A stretch of DNA of 64,000 bases from an uncultured Alphaproteobacteria bacterium. Its GTDB lineage: Bacteria > Pseudomonadota > Alphaproteobacteria > HIMB59 > GCA-002718135. Numbering within the stretch: position 1 is the stretch's first letter; each line of letters opens with the position of its first letter. Below, piece by piece: positions 38,079 through 48,257 of this stretch. The position numbers were made by a program, and so were the translations under genes. Location: positions 137,519 through 201,518 of the forward strand of contig CACIQI010000002.1 of the NCBI GenBank assembly GCA_902588745.1, in the 5' to 3' direction. The notes under the pieces are model-generated. The model was given only the letters and a program-made list of their open reading frames with translations. It did not search any database and had not been told where the DNA came from.

Positions 38079-39334
38079 GCTATTCTTGCTAATAACGTAT
38101 CATTTTCTACGCCTGTGTATATACAGGAAATTATATTCCCCTCTTTAAACTCTTCTTCAAGTTTTACTTTTAAAAAATGCTGATCTTTTCCAAGTGAAAA
38201 ATTTTCTTTTCTACTTTCAATTAAAATTAGTTCCTTCTTTCCAATATTTTTTTTTAAATGTTGTTTTAATTTCTCCATACCTCTTTCTCTAAGTCTTCTT
38301 GCTCTATCTTTGATAATATTTTTTCGAACTTGAGGCATTCTAGATGCAGGAGTGTTTTCTCTTGGTGAATATGGAAAAATATGAAGATGAGTTAAATTAC
38401 ACTCATCAACTAGATTAATTGAATCTTGAAACATTGTTTCTGTCTCTGTTGGAAAACCAGCAATTATATCTGCACCAAATGTTGCATCTTTCCTAATGGA
38501 TAAAACTTTTTTACAAAAATTAATTGCCATTTCCCTTGAATGTCTTCTTTTCATTCTTTTCAAAATTAAATTGTTTCCAGCCTGCAAACTTATATGAAAA
38601 TGAGGCATTAATCTTTTGTCCCTTAAAACATCCCAAAAATCTTTGTCTATTTCAGCACAGTCAATTGAAGACAAACGCAGTTGTTTTAATTCAGGTACTA
38701 ATTTTAGAATTCTTTTAATTAAGTTAGAAAAAGTAGGTTTTGCAGGAAGATCTTTTCCATAATCAGTTATATCTACTCCTGTTAAGACTATTTCATTATA
38801 TCCATTGCTAACAATTTTTTTTATTTTATTTACTATTTCTCCAGCAGGTACACTTCTATTATTTCCTCTGCCAAATGGAATGATACAAAAAGTACAGCGA
38901 TGGTTACAACCTTGTTGTATTTCAATATAAGCTCTTGATTTTCCTTCAAATTTTTCAATTGAATTAGGTACTGTTTTACTTTCTTCTAATATATTTCCTA
39001 CTTTAAGATTTTTAGACTGATCGATATTTTTCCATGTTAAAGTTTCTAATTTTTCTGTGTTCCCAATTACTGAGTCTACTTCCTTTAAATCTTTATATTT
39101 TAATGGATTGATTTGAGCCGCACATCCTGTAACTACTATTTTATTATTAGGAAAATTTTTTTTTGCCTTTCTAATTTCATAAGAAACTTTTTTCTCAGCT
39201 TCTTCAGTTACTGCACATGAGTTTATGACTGTAACATTATTTAAATTATTTGTTTTAAGATGGTTTTTAATAATTTCACCTTCATAAATATTCAATCTAC
39301 AACCTAGATTGACTACGTAGTTTTTATTTTTCAT
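38075..39334 (-). CDS. mtaB: Radical-SAM methylthiotransferase, MtaB (MiaB-like) family
   Basis: 419 aa with N-terminal GCRLN, NSCAVT and the radical-SAM motif CNHRCTFCIIP. Confidence 0.85.
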   Translation of the reverse strand: MKNKNYVVNLGCRLNIYEGEIIKNHLKTNNLNNVTVINSCAVTEEAEKKVSYEIRKAKKNFPNNKIVVTGCAAQINPLKYKDLKEVDSVIGNTEKLETLTWKNIDQSKNLKVGNILEESKTVPNSIEKFEGKSRAYIEIQQGCNHRCTFCIIPFGRGNNRSVPAGEIVNKIKKIVSNGYNEIVLTGVDITDYGKDLPAKPTFSNLIKRILKLVPELKQLRLSSIDCAEIDKDFWDVLRDKRLMPHFHISLQAGNNLILKRMKRRHSREMAINFCKKVLSIRKDATFGADIIAGFPTETETMFQDSINLVDECNLTHLHIFPYSPRENTPASRMPQVRKNIIKDRARRLRERGMEKLKQHLKKNIGKKELILIESRKENFSLGKDQHFLKVKLEEEFKEGNIISCIYTGVENDTLLARIA

Positions 39335-39337
39335 AAA

Positions 39338-40156
39338 TTATATTTCTAAACTACCCCGATAACTTATTTCTGCAGGTCCTGTCATGATAGATTCATTATT
39401 CACTATATTTATGTGCAGTGATCCTTTTTCAAGCTTCACTTCAGCGTTATTTTCAATCAATCCTTTTTTCCACGCTGCATATACAGCTGCACAGGCACCA
39501 CTACCACAAGCTAACGTGATTCCAACTCCACGTTCCCAAACTCTCATTTCAATTAAATTTGAATTAATAACTTCAACTATCTCAACATTAGTTTTTTTTG
39601 GAAAGAGATCATGATTTTCTATTCTAGGACCTATACTTTCAAGATCTGTATCTTTGATCGATTTCCCAAAAAAAACTACATGTGGATTGCCTACATTAAC
39701 AGCAACTCCATTACTATATCCATCAATTAAAATTGGTATATTCATTGTATCGACTTCTTTACTTAAAGGAATTTTATCCCAAGTATTTTTTATTGAACCC
39801 ATGTTGACACTTATTTTTTTATCTATTTTTGTTGATTCTAATATGCCTGCATCAGATTGAATTTTTAAAATTTTTTTATTTGAATCTTCATCAAATAGTA
39901 TTTTTGCCACGCAGCGTGTTCCATTACCACAAGCTTCGGCTCTATCACCACCAGGATTAAAAATTTCAATTTTAGCATCAGCACTTTGATTACTTGTATT
40001 ATTAATTGTGATTAATTGATCACACCCTGCCCCAGTTCTTCTGTCACTGAGTCTTTTAATAATATCTTCAGTAATTGTGATATTATTAGATCTTTTATCT
40101 ATGATAACAAAATCGTTCCCAAGTCCATGCATCTTTATGAAGTCTACTTTTTGCAT
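39338..40156 (-). CDS. dapF: Diaminopimelate epimerase
   Basis: 272 aa with MHGLGNDFV, the catalytic cysteines ACGNGTRC and ACGSGACA, and VGNPH. Confidence 0.95.
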   Translation of the reverse strand: MQKVDFIKMHGLGNDFVIIDKRSNNITITEDIIKRLSDRRTGAGCDQLITINNTSNQSADAKIEIFNPGGDRAEACGNGTRCVAKILFDEDSNKKILKIQSDAGILESTKIDKKISVNMGSIKNTWDKIPLSKEVDTMNIPILIDGYSNGVAVNVGNPHVVFFGKSIKDTDLESIGPRIENHDLFPKKTNVEIVEVINSNLIEMRVWERGVGITLACGSGACAAVYAAWKKGLIENNAEVKLEKGSLHINIVNNESIMTGPAEISYRGSLEI

Positions 40157-40353
40157 ATTTGTTTTATAACCTAATTTATCAATAAATCTCAGTAAATATG
40201 GGAAATTTAAGAATACTTGACTTTCAATTATTCAGCTAATAGAGGGTCATCAACAAATCCTATATTTGTAAACGAATTGAGCTTGTTACAATTGTGATAG
40301 GTACTCTAGCCCACGAGTTTCGTGCCCTGGAGTTTAAAGGCTATTGGAGATTT

Positions 40354-41718
40354 ATGTTTGATACACTGAACACAAAATTTGAAAAAATTGTTCAAAGTAT
40401 TCGGGGTAAGGCTGTTATATCAGAGACAGATCTTGAAGTTACATTACGTGAAATTAGAATTGCTCTGTTAGAGGCAGACGTTTCCTTAGTTGTAGTAAAA
40501 GAATTTATAAATTCCATCAAGTCAAACATTTTAGGAAAAGAAATTCTCAAATCTGTTAAGCCAGATCAAATGATCATAAAGCTTGTGCAAGATGAGCTTG
40601 TAAAAATTCTTGGATCAGAAAATAAATCCCTAAACTTATCTTCTTCTCAATTAACTAAAATATTGTTTTGTGGATTACAAGGATCTGGGAAAACAACATC
40701 AATTGCCAAACTTTCTTATTTGTTAAAGAAGTCTTCAAAGAAAAAAATTTTACTAGCATCAGCAGACATTTATCGACCAGCAGCACAAGAACAATTAAAA
40801 GTATTAGCTGAAGAAACTGGCTCAGATTTCTTTAATCACAATCAATCATCAGCCAGTAAGATTGTTGATGATTCCATAGACTATGCTCAAAAAAATTTAT
40901 TTGATATTCTTATTTTAGATACTGCTGGACGACAAGTTGTAGATAAAAAGTTAATGAGTGAATTAATAGAAATTGAAAATAAGTTTAAACCTGACGAAAC
41001 TTTATTAGTAGCAGATGCTCTAACAGGACAAGATGCTGCAAATGTAGCTAAAAGTTTTAGTGATGCAATAAATATTACCGGATCAATTTTAACTCGAATA
41101 GATGGTGATAGCAGAGGTGGTGCAGCACTATCAATTAAATCGATAACAAACTCTCCTATAAAATTTATAGGACTAGGTGAAAAAGTAGAAAATTTTGAAC
41201 CCTTCCATCCTGAAAGAATTGCACAAAGAATTTTAGGTATGGGAGATATAGTATCTCTTGTCGAAAAAGCTGCTGAAAATATTGATAAAGAAGAAATGGA
41301 AGATATGGCAAAAAAGATCGCTAAAGGAAAATTTGATCTTGAAGATTTTGCCAATCAATTAAAGCAAATGGGTAAAATGGGTGGAGTCTCCGGTTTACTT
41401 TCTATGATGCCAGGTGTTTCAAAGGCACAGAAGTTAATGGCAGAAAATAAAATTTCTAATTCAATGATTGATAAACAAATAGCTATAATCAGTTCAATGA
41501 CAAAAAAAGAGAGAGCTGATCCAGATATTATAAAGGCTTCACGTAAAATCAGAATTTCAAAAGGATCTGGAACAAAAGTTCAAGACGTTAACAGGTTATT
41601 AAAACAGTTTCTCCAATCACAAAAAATGATGAAGAGAATGAAATCAATGGGCAAAGGAGGAATTCCCAGTGATTTAATGGAAAAATTACAAGGAAATCTT
41701 CCTCCAAACATAAATTAG
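40354..41718 (+). CDS. ffh: Signal recognition particle protein Ffh
   Basis: The start is set at MFDTLNTKFEKIV, which aligns to E. coli MFDNLTDRLSRTL and has GGAG 5 nt upstream. It also has GLQGSGKTT, DTAGR, TRIDGDSRGGAA and a Met-rich M domain. Confidence 0.95.
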   Translation: MFDTLNTKFEKIVQSIRGKAVISETDLEVTLREIRIALLEADVSLVVVKEFINSIKSNILGKEILKSVKPDQMIIKLVQDELVKILGSENKSLNLSSSQLTKILFCGLQGSGKTTSIAKLSYLLKKSSKKKILLASADIYRPAAQEQLKVLAEETGSDFFNHNQSSASKIVDDSIDYAQKNLFDILILDTAGRQVVDKKLMSELIEIENKFKPDETLLVADALTGQDAANVAKSFSDAINITGSILTRIDGDSRGGAALSIKSITNSPIKFIGLGEKVENFEPFHPERIAQRILGMGDIVSLVEKAAENIDKEEMEDMAKKIAKGKFDLEDFANQLKQMGKMGGVSGLLSMMPGVSKAQKLMAENKISNSMIDKQIAIISSMTKKERADPDIIKASRKIRISKGSGTKVQDVNRLLKQFLQSQKMMKRMKSMGKGGIPSDLMEKLQGNLPPNIN

Positions 41719-41730
41719 AAAGGGAATAAA

Positions 41731-42186
41731 ATGCCAGTAAGAATAAGATTATCAAGAGGTGGTGCAAAGAAAAGACCATTTTATAGAATAGTAGTTGCCG
41801 ATTCTAGAAGAGCTAGAGATGGAAAATTTATAGATCAAATTGGAACTTATAACCCAATGCTTCCAAAGGATAGCGCTGATAGAGTTAAAATGGATTTAGA
41901 CAAAGCTAAGGAATGGATTGCGAAAGGAGCAAAACCATCAGATAGAATTTCTATTTTTCTCAGCAATCTTGGTGTGATGGAAAAACCAGTTATTACTGAA
42001 AAAACAAAAAAACATTTACCTAAGAAAAAAGCACAGGAACGTTTAGCTGCTGCTAAAGAAAAAGAAGAAGCTGCGAAAGCTGCAGCAGAAGAACCAAAAG
42101 CAGAAGAAGCAGAAGCTAAGCCAGCTGAAGATGCACAACCTGCTGAAGAACCAAAAGCAGAAGAAGCAGAAGCTAAAAAAGAATAA
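41731..42186 (+). CDS. rpsP: 30S ribosomal protein S16 with acidic low-complexity C-terminal extension
   Basis: 151 aa. The core is [32 protein letters not shown] tail from about residue 90 contains [12 protein letters not shown] twice. Confidence 0.93.
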   Translation: MPVRIRLSRGGAKKRPFYRIVVADSRRARDGKFIDQIGTYNPMLPKDSADRVKMDLDKAKEWIAKGAKPSDRISIFLSNLGVMEKPVITEKTKKHLPKKKAQERLAAAKEKEEAAKAAAEEPKAEEAEAKPAEDAQPAEEPKAEEAEAKKE

Positions 42187-42200
42187 AATTAATTTTTGCT

Positions 42201-42707
42201 TTGAGTAATAAAGATATTATTCTTGTTGGTCAGTTTGGATCTCCTTTAGGATTAAAAGGTGAAATAAAAGTTAATATGATGACTACCTCGTTTGAAGTTT
42301 TTAAAAATTTAAAAAACTATTATAATTTTGATGGTTCAGTTGCTTGGAATTTTAAAAATATTTTATTCAAAAATAATAAGTGTGTTGTTCAAGTTGAAAA
42401 ATACTTTTCTAGAGAAGATGTTTTAGAGCTTAAAGGTCAAAAAATTTTTTCAAATAAGAAATTTTTTCCAAAAACAAAAGATAATGAGTTTTACATAAAC
42501 GATCTAATCGAATGCATGATTTTCTTAAAAGACAATACTAGTATTGGAAAAGTTCTAAGTGTTCAAAATTTTGGGGCAGGTGATTTATTAGAAGTCAAAT
42601 ATAATACCAAACTTATTCTTATGCCTTTTGATAAAACAAATATTTTATCAGTTAATATTAATAAAAAAGAAATTATAGCTGATCCAATACCTGGTATTCT
42701 TGATTAA
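42201..42707 (+). CDS. rimM: 16S rRNA processing protein RimM
   Basis: 168 aa with a TTG start. It has VG.FGSPLGLKGEIKV and a PRC-barrel C-terminus, and sits in the conserved operon position. Confidence 0.88.
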   Translation: MSNKDIILVGQFGSPLGLKGEIKVNMMTTSFEVFKNLKNYYNFDGSVAWNFKNILFKNNKCVVQVEKYFSREDVLELKGQKIFSNKKFFPKTKDNEFYINDLIECMIFLKDNTSIGKVLSVQNFGAGDLLEVKYNTKLILMPFDKTNILSVNINKKEIIADPIPGILD

Positions 42708-42708
42708 A

Positions 42709-43407
42709 ATGAGAGTAGTAATTTTAACTTGTTATCCTGAGATGTTCCCTGGTTCACTAGGGTATTCTGTAATCGGAAATGCATTGAACAATAAAAAATT
42801 TTCTCTCGAGATAGTCAATCTACATAATTATGGAATTGACAAAAGAGGAAGTGTTGATGATGAACCTTTTGGGGGAGGCCCTGGAATGGTTATTCGTCCA
42901 GATGTGATTGAAAAAGCATTAAATTCAATCACTTTCAAAACCGATAATTACTGCAAAATTTTCCTGACGCCGTCGGGTCATAAATTATCTCAAGTCAAAC
43001 TTAATAATCTATCAAAACATGATGAAATGCTTATTTTATGCGGTAGATTTGAAGGGGTTGACCAAAGAGCTATAGAAATTCTTGATTTTCAGGAAATAAG
43101 TATCGGTGATTACGTCCTTTCTGGTGGTGAGATTGCTGCCCAGGTGTTAGTTGAAGGTTGTATTCGTCTCATTCCTGGAGTATTAGGGCAGCCACAAAGT
43201 TTATTAGAAGAATCTTTTTCTAATAATCTGCTTGAATATCCTCATTATACCAGACCACAAACCTGGGAAGATATTCAGGGAAATAAACATGAAGTTCCAG
43301 ATGTTTTAACATCAGGTCATCATGAAAAAATTGATAAATGGAGAAAAGAAAAATCGGTTGAAAAAACTAAAGAATTAAGACCAGATCTTTATAAAAAGGA
43401 AATATAA
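42709..43407 (+). CDS. trmD: tRNA (guanine37-N1)-methyltransferase
   Basis: The ATG at 42709 gives [15 protein letters not shown], the typical TrmD N-terminus. It also has [18 protein letters not shown] and [11 protein letters not shown]. The track's TTG at 42700 would overlap rimM. Confidence 0.93.
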   Translation: MRVVILTCYPEMFPGSLGYSVIGNALNNKKFSLEIVNLHNYGIDKRGSVDDEPFGGGPGMVIRPDVIEKALNSITFKTDNYCKIFLTPSGHKLSQVKLNNLSKHDEMLILCGRFEGVDQRAIEILDFQEISIGDYVLSGGEIAAQVLVEGCIRLIPGVLGQPQSLLEESFSNNLLEYPHYTRPQTWEDIQGNKHEVPDVLTSGHHEKIDKWRKEKSVEKTKELRPDLYKKEI

Positions 43408-43408
43408 A

Positions 43409-44014
43409 ATGAGTAATTTATTAGAGGTATTTGAAAAACAACAGATTGAAAAGTTAACTTCAAAAAAAAGAGTTCCTGCTTTTCGTCCAGGTGATACTCT
43501 AAAAGTTACTGTAAGAATTACAGAGGGAAGTAAGTCGAGACTTCAAGCGTTTGAGGGTATTTGTATTGCAAGAAAAAATAATTCAGTAAACTCTAACTTT
43601 ACTGTGAGAAAAATATCTCATGGAGAGGGTGTTGAAAGAGTATTCCCTTTATTCAGTCCATTAGTAGAAAAAATTGAAGTTGTTAGAAAAGGCGATGTAA
43701 GAAGAGCTAAGCTATATTATCTAAGAGAATTATCTGGAAAGAAAGCAAGGATCGCAGATAAAGATAGGGGCGATGAAGCTGATCAATATGAATATATAGA
43801 GGAAGCTTCTCCGGTAGAAGAAACAAAAACTGCAGATACAGATACAAATGCTGCAGAGGAACCAAAAGCTGAAGAGGTAGAAGCAAAAGAAGCAGAGACA
43901 AAAGCAGAAGAAGCAGAAGCCAAACCAGCAGAAGAATCTAAAGCAGAAGCTGCAGAGGAATCTAGTAAAGAAGAGGAAAAAGCAGCCGAAAATAAATCGG
44001 ATGACAATAAATAA
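43409..44014 (+). CDS. rplS: 50S ribosomal protein L19 with acidic low-complexity C-terminal extension
   Basis: 201 aa. The core is FRPGDTLKV...EG.K.R.Q.FEG.CIARKN...[15 protein letters not shown]. About 80 aa of E/A/K/P-rich tail follows. Confidence 0.93.
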   Translation: MSNLLEVFEKQQIEKLTSKKRVPAFRPGDTLKVTVRITEGSKSRLQAFEGICIARKNNSVNSNFTVRKISHGEGVERVFPLFSPLVEKIEVVRKGDVRRAKLYYLRELSGKKARIADKDRGDEADQYEYIEEASPVEETKTADTDTNAAEEPKAEEVEAKEAETKAEEAEAKPAEESKAEAAEESSKEEEKAAENKSDDNK

Positions 44015-45404
44015 TCCTAAAACTCTTTTTGATAAAATTTGGGAACATCATCTTGTTGATAGACAAGAAGATGGAACCTGTCTTATATATATTGATAGAC
44101 ACCTTGTTCATGAAGTTACGAGCCCTCAAGCATTTGAAGGTTTAAGAAATAATAATCGTAAAGTTAGAAGACCCGAAAGTACTTTTGCTGTAGCTGATCA
44201 CAATGTTCCAACCTCAGATAGATCTAAAGGTATAGAAAATAAAGAAAGTAGAATTCAGGTTGAAACACTAGAAAAAAATTGCAAAGATTTTGATGTCACA
44301 CTTTTTCCATTATTAGATAGCAGACAAGGTATAGTTCATATAGTTGGACCAGAACAAGGCATTACTCAGCCAGGTATGACAATAGTTTGTGGCGATAGTC
44401 ATACAGCAACACACGGTGCATTTGGTGCATTAGCTTTTGGTATCGGCACAAGTGAAGTTGAGCATGTATTAGCTACTCAGACTTTAATTCAAAAACCTGC
44501 AAAGAATATGCGAATTTCTGTTGAAGGTAAGTTAAACTTAGGTGTTACAGCAAAAGATATTATTCTTCATATAATAGGAAAAATAGGAACGGCTGGTGGA
44601 ACTGGTTATGTTATTGAATATGCTGGTAATGCAATTTCCTCTCTTTCTATGGAAGGAAGAATGACGATCTGTAATATGAGTATTGAAGCAGGTGCTAGAG
44701 CTGGTTTAATCGCTCCTGACGAAAAAACTTTTGAATATATTAAAGGTAGACCGTACGCTCCATCAGGAGATAATTGGAATAAAGCGGTAGAATTTTGGAA
44801 ATCTCTTCCATCTGATGAGGGCGCAAAATATGATGAAGAAATTTTAATTAATGCTGAAGATATTTCACCACAAATTACTTGGGGCACAAGCCCACAAGAC
44901 GTTGTTGCTATAGATGGTATAGTCCCAAACCCACAAGAAGAGAGTAATCCGAATAGAAAGAGGGCTATGGAACGTTCTCTTGAATATATGGGTTTAGAAC
45001 CCAAACAAGAAATACAAAAAATTAAAATTGATAAAGTATTTATTGGCTCTTGCACTAATGGAAGAATTGAGGATTTAAGAGAAGTTGCCAAAGTTGTAGA
45101 GGGCAAAAAAGTTTCTGTAGACTCAATGATCGTTCCTGGTTCAGGTCTAGTTAAAAAACAAGCTGAAGAAGAAGGTTTAGATAAAATTTTTATTGAAGCA
45201 GGATTTGATTGGAGAGAGCCAGGTTGCTCCATGTGTTTAGCTATGAATCCAGATCAATTAAAACCACAAGAAAGATGTGCATCAACATCAAATAGAAATT
45301 TTGAAGGTAGACAAGGTAGAGAAGGTAGAACACATCTTGTTAGTCCTGCAATAGCTGCTGCCTCTGCAATCAAAGGTTCTTTTGCAACAGCAGAGGATTT
45401 ATAA
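44001..45404 (+). CDS. leuC: 3-isopropylmalate dehydratase large subunit
   Basis: 467 aa with [38 protein letters not shown] and NRNFEGRQG. Confidence 0.97.
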   Translation: MTINNPKTLFDKIWEHHLVDRQEDGTCLIYIDRHLVHEVTSPQAFEGLRNNNRKVRRPESTFAVADHNVPTSDRSKGIENKESRIQVETLEKNCKDFDVTLFPLLDSRQGIVHIVGPEQGITQPGMTIVCGDSHTATHGAFGALAFGIGTSEVEHVLATQTLIQKPAKNMRISVEGKLNLGVTAKDIILHIIGKIGTAGGTGYVIEYAGNAISSLSMEGRMTICNMSIEAGARAGLIAPDEKTFEYIKGRPYAPSGDNWNKAVEFWKSLPSDEGAKYDEEILINAEDISPQITWGTSPQDVVAIDGIVPNPQEESNPNRKRAMERSLEYMGLEPKQEIQKIKIDKVFIGSCTNGRIEDLREVAKVVEGKKVSVDSMIVPGSGLVKKQAEEEGLDKIFIEAGFDWREPGCSMCLAMNPDQLKPQERCASTSNRNFEGRQGREGRTHLVSPAIAAASAIKGSFATAEDL

Positions 45405-46007
45405 ATGGAAACATTTAAAACAATAATTGGTATCCCTGCACCACTACCAATGATTAATGTCGATACCGATATGATTATTCCAAAACAATTTTTGAAAACA
45501 ATAAAGAGATCTGGTTTAGGAAAAAACTTATTTCATGAATTAAGATACGATATTCAAGGTAACATAAAGAATGATTTTGTTCTTAACTGGGACCCTTATA
45601 AAACTTCAAAGATTTTAATTGCTGGGGCAAATTTTGGTTGTGGATCAAGTAGAGAGCATGCACCATGGTCACTTTTAGATTTTGGTTTTAAGTCAATAAT
45701 TGCACCAAGCTTCGCAGATATTTTCTATAATAATTGTTTTAAAAATGGAATACTTCCAATTAAGTTAGATCAACAAAAGGTAGATATATTAATGAACGAA
45801 GCAGAAAATAAAAATGATATTTCAGTTGATTTAGAAAATCAAAAAATCAATTATCAAAATGATAAAACAATAGAATTTGAAATTGATGCATTTCGAAAAA
45901 AATGTTTGTTAGAGGGTTTGGATGATATTGGTTTGACGCTCCAAAAAAATAAAAAAATTGATGTTCACGAAGAAAAAATACACAGTATCCAACCTTGGAT
46001 AGTGTAG
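45405..46007 (+). CDS. leuD: 3-isopropylmalate dehydratase small subunit
   Basis: 200 aa with [27 protein letters not shown] and [13 protein letters not shown]. Confidence 0.95.
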   Translation: METFKTIIGIPAPLPMINVDTDMIIPKQFLKTIKRSGLGKNLFHELRYDIQGNIKNDFVLNWDPYKTSKILIAGANFGCGSSREHAPWSLLDFGFKSIIAPSFADIFYNNCFKNGILPIKLDQQKVDILMNEAENKNDISVDLENQKINYQNDKTIEFEIDAFRKKCLLEGLDDIGLTLQKNKKIDVHEEKIHSIQPWIV

Positions 46008-46013
46008 TCAAAA

Positions 46014-47126
46014 ATGAGTAATAAAAAAATTTTAATTTTACCTGGTGATGGAATTGGCAATGAAGTTATGGCTGAGGTATTAAAAATCATTGACTGGATG
46101 GAAAAAACTAAATCTTTATCTTTTGATATTTCTGAAAGATTAGTTGGTGGTACAGCATACGATAAAGAAGGTAATTCTATAAGTGATGAAACAATGCAAT
46201 TAGCTATGGACTGTGATGCAGTATTATTTGGTGCGGTAGGAGGCGCTAAATGGGATAACGTAGAAAGAGATAAAAGACCTGAAGCAGCCTTATTAAGATT
46301 AAGAAAAGACCTTGATCTCTTTGCTAATCTAAGACCAGCGGTTGTTTTAGATGCTCTTTCAGATTCATCATCTTTAAAATCTGATCTTGTTAAAGGATTA
46401 GATATTTTGATAATAAGAGAATTAACAAGTGGTGTATATTTTGGACAACCAAGAGGTATATCAAAAATTAGTGAGACTGAAAGTAAGGCAGTTGATACTC
46501 AATTGTATACCACATCAGAAGTTAATAGAGTTTCACGAGTGGCATTTGATTTAGCAAAGTTGCGTAATAACAAAGTTACATCAGTAGAAAAATCAAATGT
46601 AATGGAAACAGGTTTATTTTGGAAACAAACCGTAACAGATTTACATAAAAAGGAATATTCTGATGTTAATTTAGAACACATGCTTGCAGATAATTGTGCA
46701 ATGCAGTTAGTTCGTTATCCAAAACAATTTGACGTCATACTTACAGATAACTTATTTGGTGATCTTTTAAGTGATACTGCTGCTATGTTAACTGGATCTT
46801 TGGGAATGCTCCCTTCAGCAGCTCTTGGACCAGTTAAAGAAAATGGAACTAGAGCGGCAATGTATGAGCCCGTTCATGGTAGCGCACCAGATATAGCTGG
46901 TCAATCTAAAGCAAATCCTTTAGCAATGATCATGAGCTTTGCTATGATGTTGAAATATAGTTTTGATATGCAAGAAGATAGTCAAATGATTGAGAAAGCT
47001 GTACAGAATGTATTACTAAAAGGTTTAAGAACAGCTGATATAAAAGATGGAGCAGAAAAAATTATCTCAACTCAAGAAATGGGCAATGCTGTTATTGAAG
47101 AATTAAAAATTCTATCTGGAAATTAA
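46014..47126 (+). CDS. leuB: 3-isopropylmalate dehydrogenase
   Basis: 370 aa with [23 protein letters not shown] and [12 protein letters not shown]. Confidence 0.97.
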   Translation: MSNKKILILPGDGIGNEVMAEVLKIIDWMEKTKSLSFDISERLVGGTAYDKEGNSISDETMQLAMDCDAVLFGAVGGAKWDNVERDKRPEAALLRLRKDLDLFANLRPAVVLDALSDSSSLKSDLVKGLDILIIRELTSGVYFGQPRGISKISETESKAVDTQLYTTSEVNRVSRVAFDLAKLRNNKVTSVEKSNVMETGLFWKQTVTDLHKKEYSDVNLEHMLADNCAMQLVRYPKQFDVILTDNLFGDLLSDTAAMLTGSLGMLPSAALGPVKENGTRAAMYEPVHGSAPDIAGQSKANPLAMIMSFAMMLKYSFDMQEDSQMIEKAVQNVLLKGLRTADIKDGAEKIISTQEMGNAVIEELKILSGN

Positions 47127-48170
47127 ATGACTCAAAAATACAATATAGCAGTAGCAGGAGCAACAGGTGCGGTAGGAACAGAAATAATTCAAATATTAGA
47201 GCAAAGGGATTTTCCAATAGACAATTTATATTTACTTGCATCATCAAAATCAAAAGGCAAAAAATTAGAGTTTAAAGATAAAGAAATTGTTGTAGAAGAC
47301 TTATCAGAATTTGATTTTTCAAAAGCTCACATTGGTTTATTTTCACCTGGCGGTAAAATTTCTGCAGAATATGCACCAAAAGCAGCTAAAACAGGATGTA
47401 TTGTTATAGACAATACCTCTCATTTTCGAATGCAACAAAATATTCCTTTAATTGTTCCTGAAGTAAACGCTAGTGCACTTGATGAATTTTTTGATGATGA
47501 AAACAGAACTAATATTATTTCAAATCCTAACTGTTCAACTATACAAATGGTTGTTGCATTAAAACCACTTCATGAAAAAGCAATTATAAACAGAGTTGTT
47601 GTATCAACATATCAAGCTGTTTCTGGAGCAGGTAAAACAGGTATGGATGAACTATTTAATCAGACTCAAAATGTTTATGCAAACCAAGAATTAAAAAAAG
47701 AAAAGTTTACAAAACAAATTGCTTTTAATGCCATTCCACACATTGGAGCTTTTTTAGAAAATGGTAATACAGAAGAAGAACAAAAAATGATTGATGAAAC
47801 AAAAAAAATTCTAGACGAGGGAATTAATGTTTCAGCAACTTGTGTTAGAACAGCTGTATTTATTGGCCATTCAGAAGCTGTAAATATAGAGTTTGACTCG
47901 CCATTAGATGAAAAAGAAGCTAACGAAATATTATCTAACTCTGAAGGTATTTCAGTAATTGATCATCGAAAAGATGAAGGTTATGTGACTCCTGTTGAAA
48001 TAGCAGGAGAGGATAAAGTTTATATTAGTAGAATTAGAAATGATCAATCAATAGATAATGGTTTGAATTTATGGGTAGTCTCAGATAATTTACGCAAAGG
48101 CGCAGCACTTAATGCGGTTCAAATTGCTGAGTTAGTAATTTCAAAGTACTCAGAAAAAATAACTATTTAA
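47127..48170 (+). CDS. asd: Aspartate-semialdehyde dehydrogenase
   Basis: 347 aa with VAGATGAVG, the active-site SNPNCSTIQ, YQAVSGAG and DNLRKGAALNAVQIAE. Confidence 0.97.
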   Translation: MTQKYNIAVAGATGAVGTEIIQILEQRDFPIDNLYLLASSKSKGKKLEFKDKEIVVEDLSEFDFSKAHIGLFSPGGKISAEYAPKAAKTGCIVIDNTSHFRMQQNIPLIVPEVNASALDEFFDDENRTNIISNPNCSTIQMVVALKPLHEKAIINRVVVSTYQAVSGAGKTGMDELFNQTQNVYANQELKKEKFTKQIAFNAIPHIGAFLENGNTEEEQKMIDETKKILDEGINVSATCVRTAVFIGHSEAVNIEFDSPLDEKEANEILSNSEGISVIDHRKDEGYVTPVEIAGEDKVYISRIRNDQSIDNGLNLWVVSDNLRKGAALNAVQIAELVISKYSEKITI

Positions 48171-48171
48171 T

Positions 48172-48246
48172 TGGCGGTCTCGTAGGGACTCGAACCCCAA
48201 ATCCATGTTCCGAAGACATGTGTGATATCCATTTCACCACGAGACC
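48172..48246 (-). tRNA. tRNA-Arg (anticodon UCG), CCA-encoded
   Basis: Hand-folded cloverleaf on the minus strand: acceptor GGTCTCG/CGAGACC, D-stem GTGA/TCAC, anticodon stem CATGT/ACATG with loop CTTCGGA, and T-arm TGGGG-TTCGAGT-CCCTA. The discriminator is G and the 3' end is CCA. Confidence 0.9.
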
Positions 48247-48257
48247 ATTTATTATAA

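Noticed and set aside
40294-40353. A GTG-initiated 20-codon extension of ffh.
   Set aside because: MFDTLN at 40354 aligns with the universal Ffh N-terminus (E. coli MFDNLT) and has its own GGAG. The upstream segment is treated as leader RNA.
42700-42708. The TTG start for trmD given by the track.
   Set aside because: The ATG at 42709 yields the canonical TrmD N-terminus (MRVVILT.YPEMFPG) and begins 1 nt after the rimM stop. The TTG would add 3 residues and overlap rimM.
44606-45232. A 208-aa ORF antisense to leuC. Similar long antisense ORFs occur at 40887-41354 in ffh, 55950-56414 in sdhA, 170-478 in the AKR gene, 63308-63746 across sucA/sucB, and elsewhere.
   Set aside because: These are shadow ORFs on the opposite strand of strongly supported, motif-rich genes. 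They are Ser/Pro/Ile/Phe-rich low-complexity translations with no SD or family resemblance. Their length is explained by the codon bias of the sense gene.
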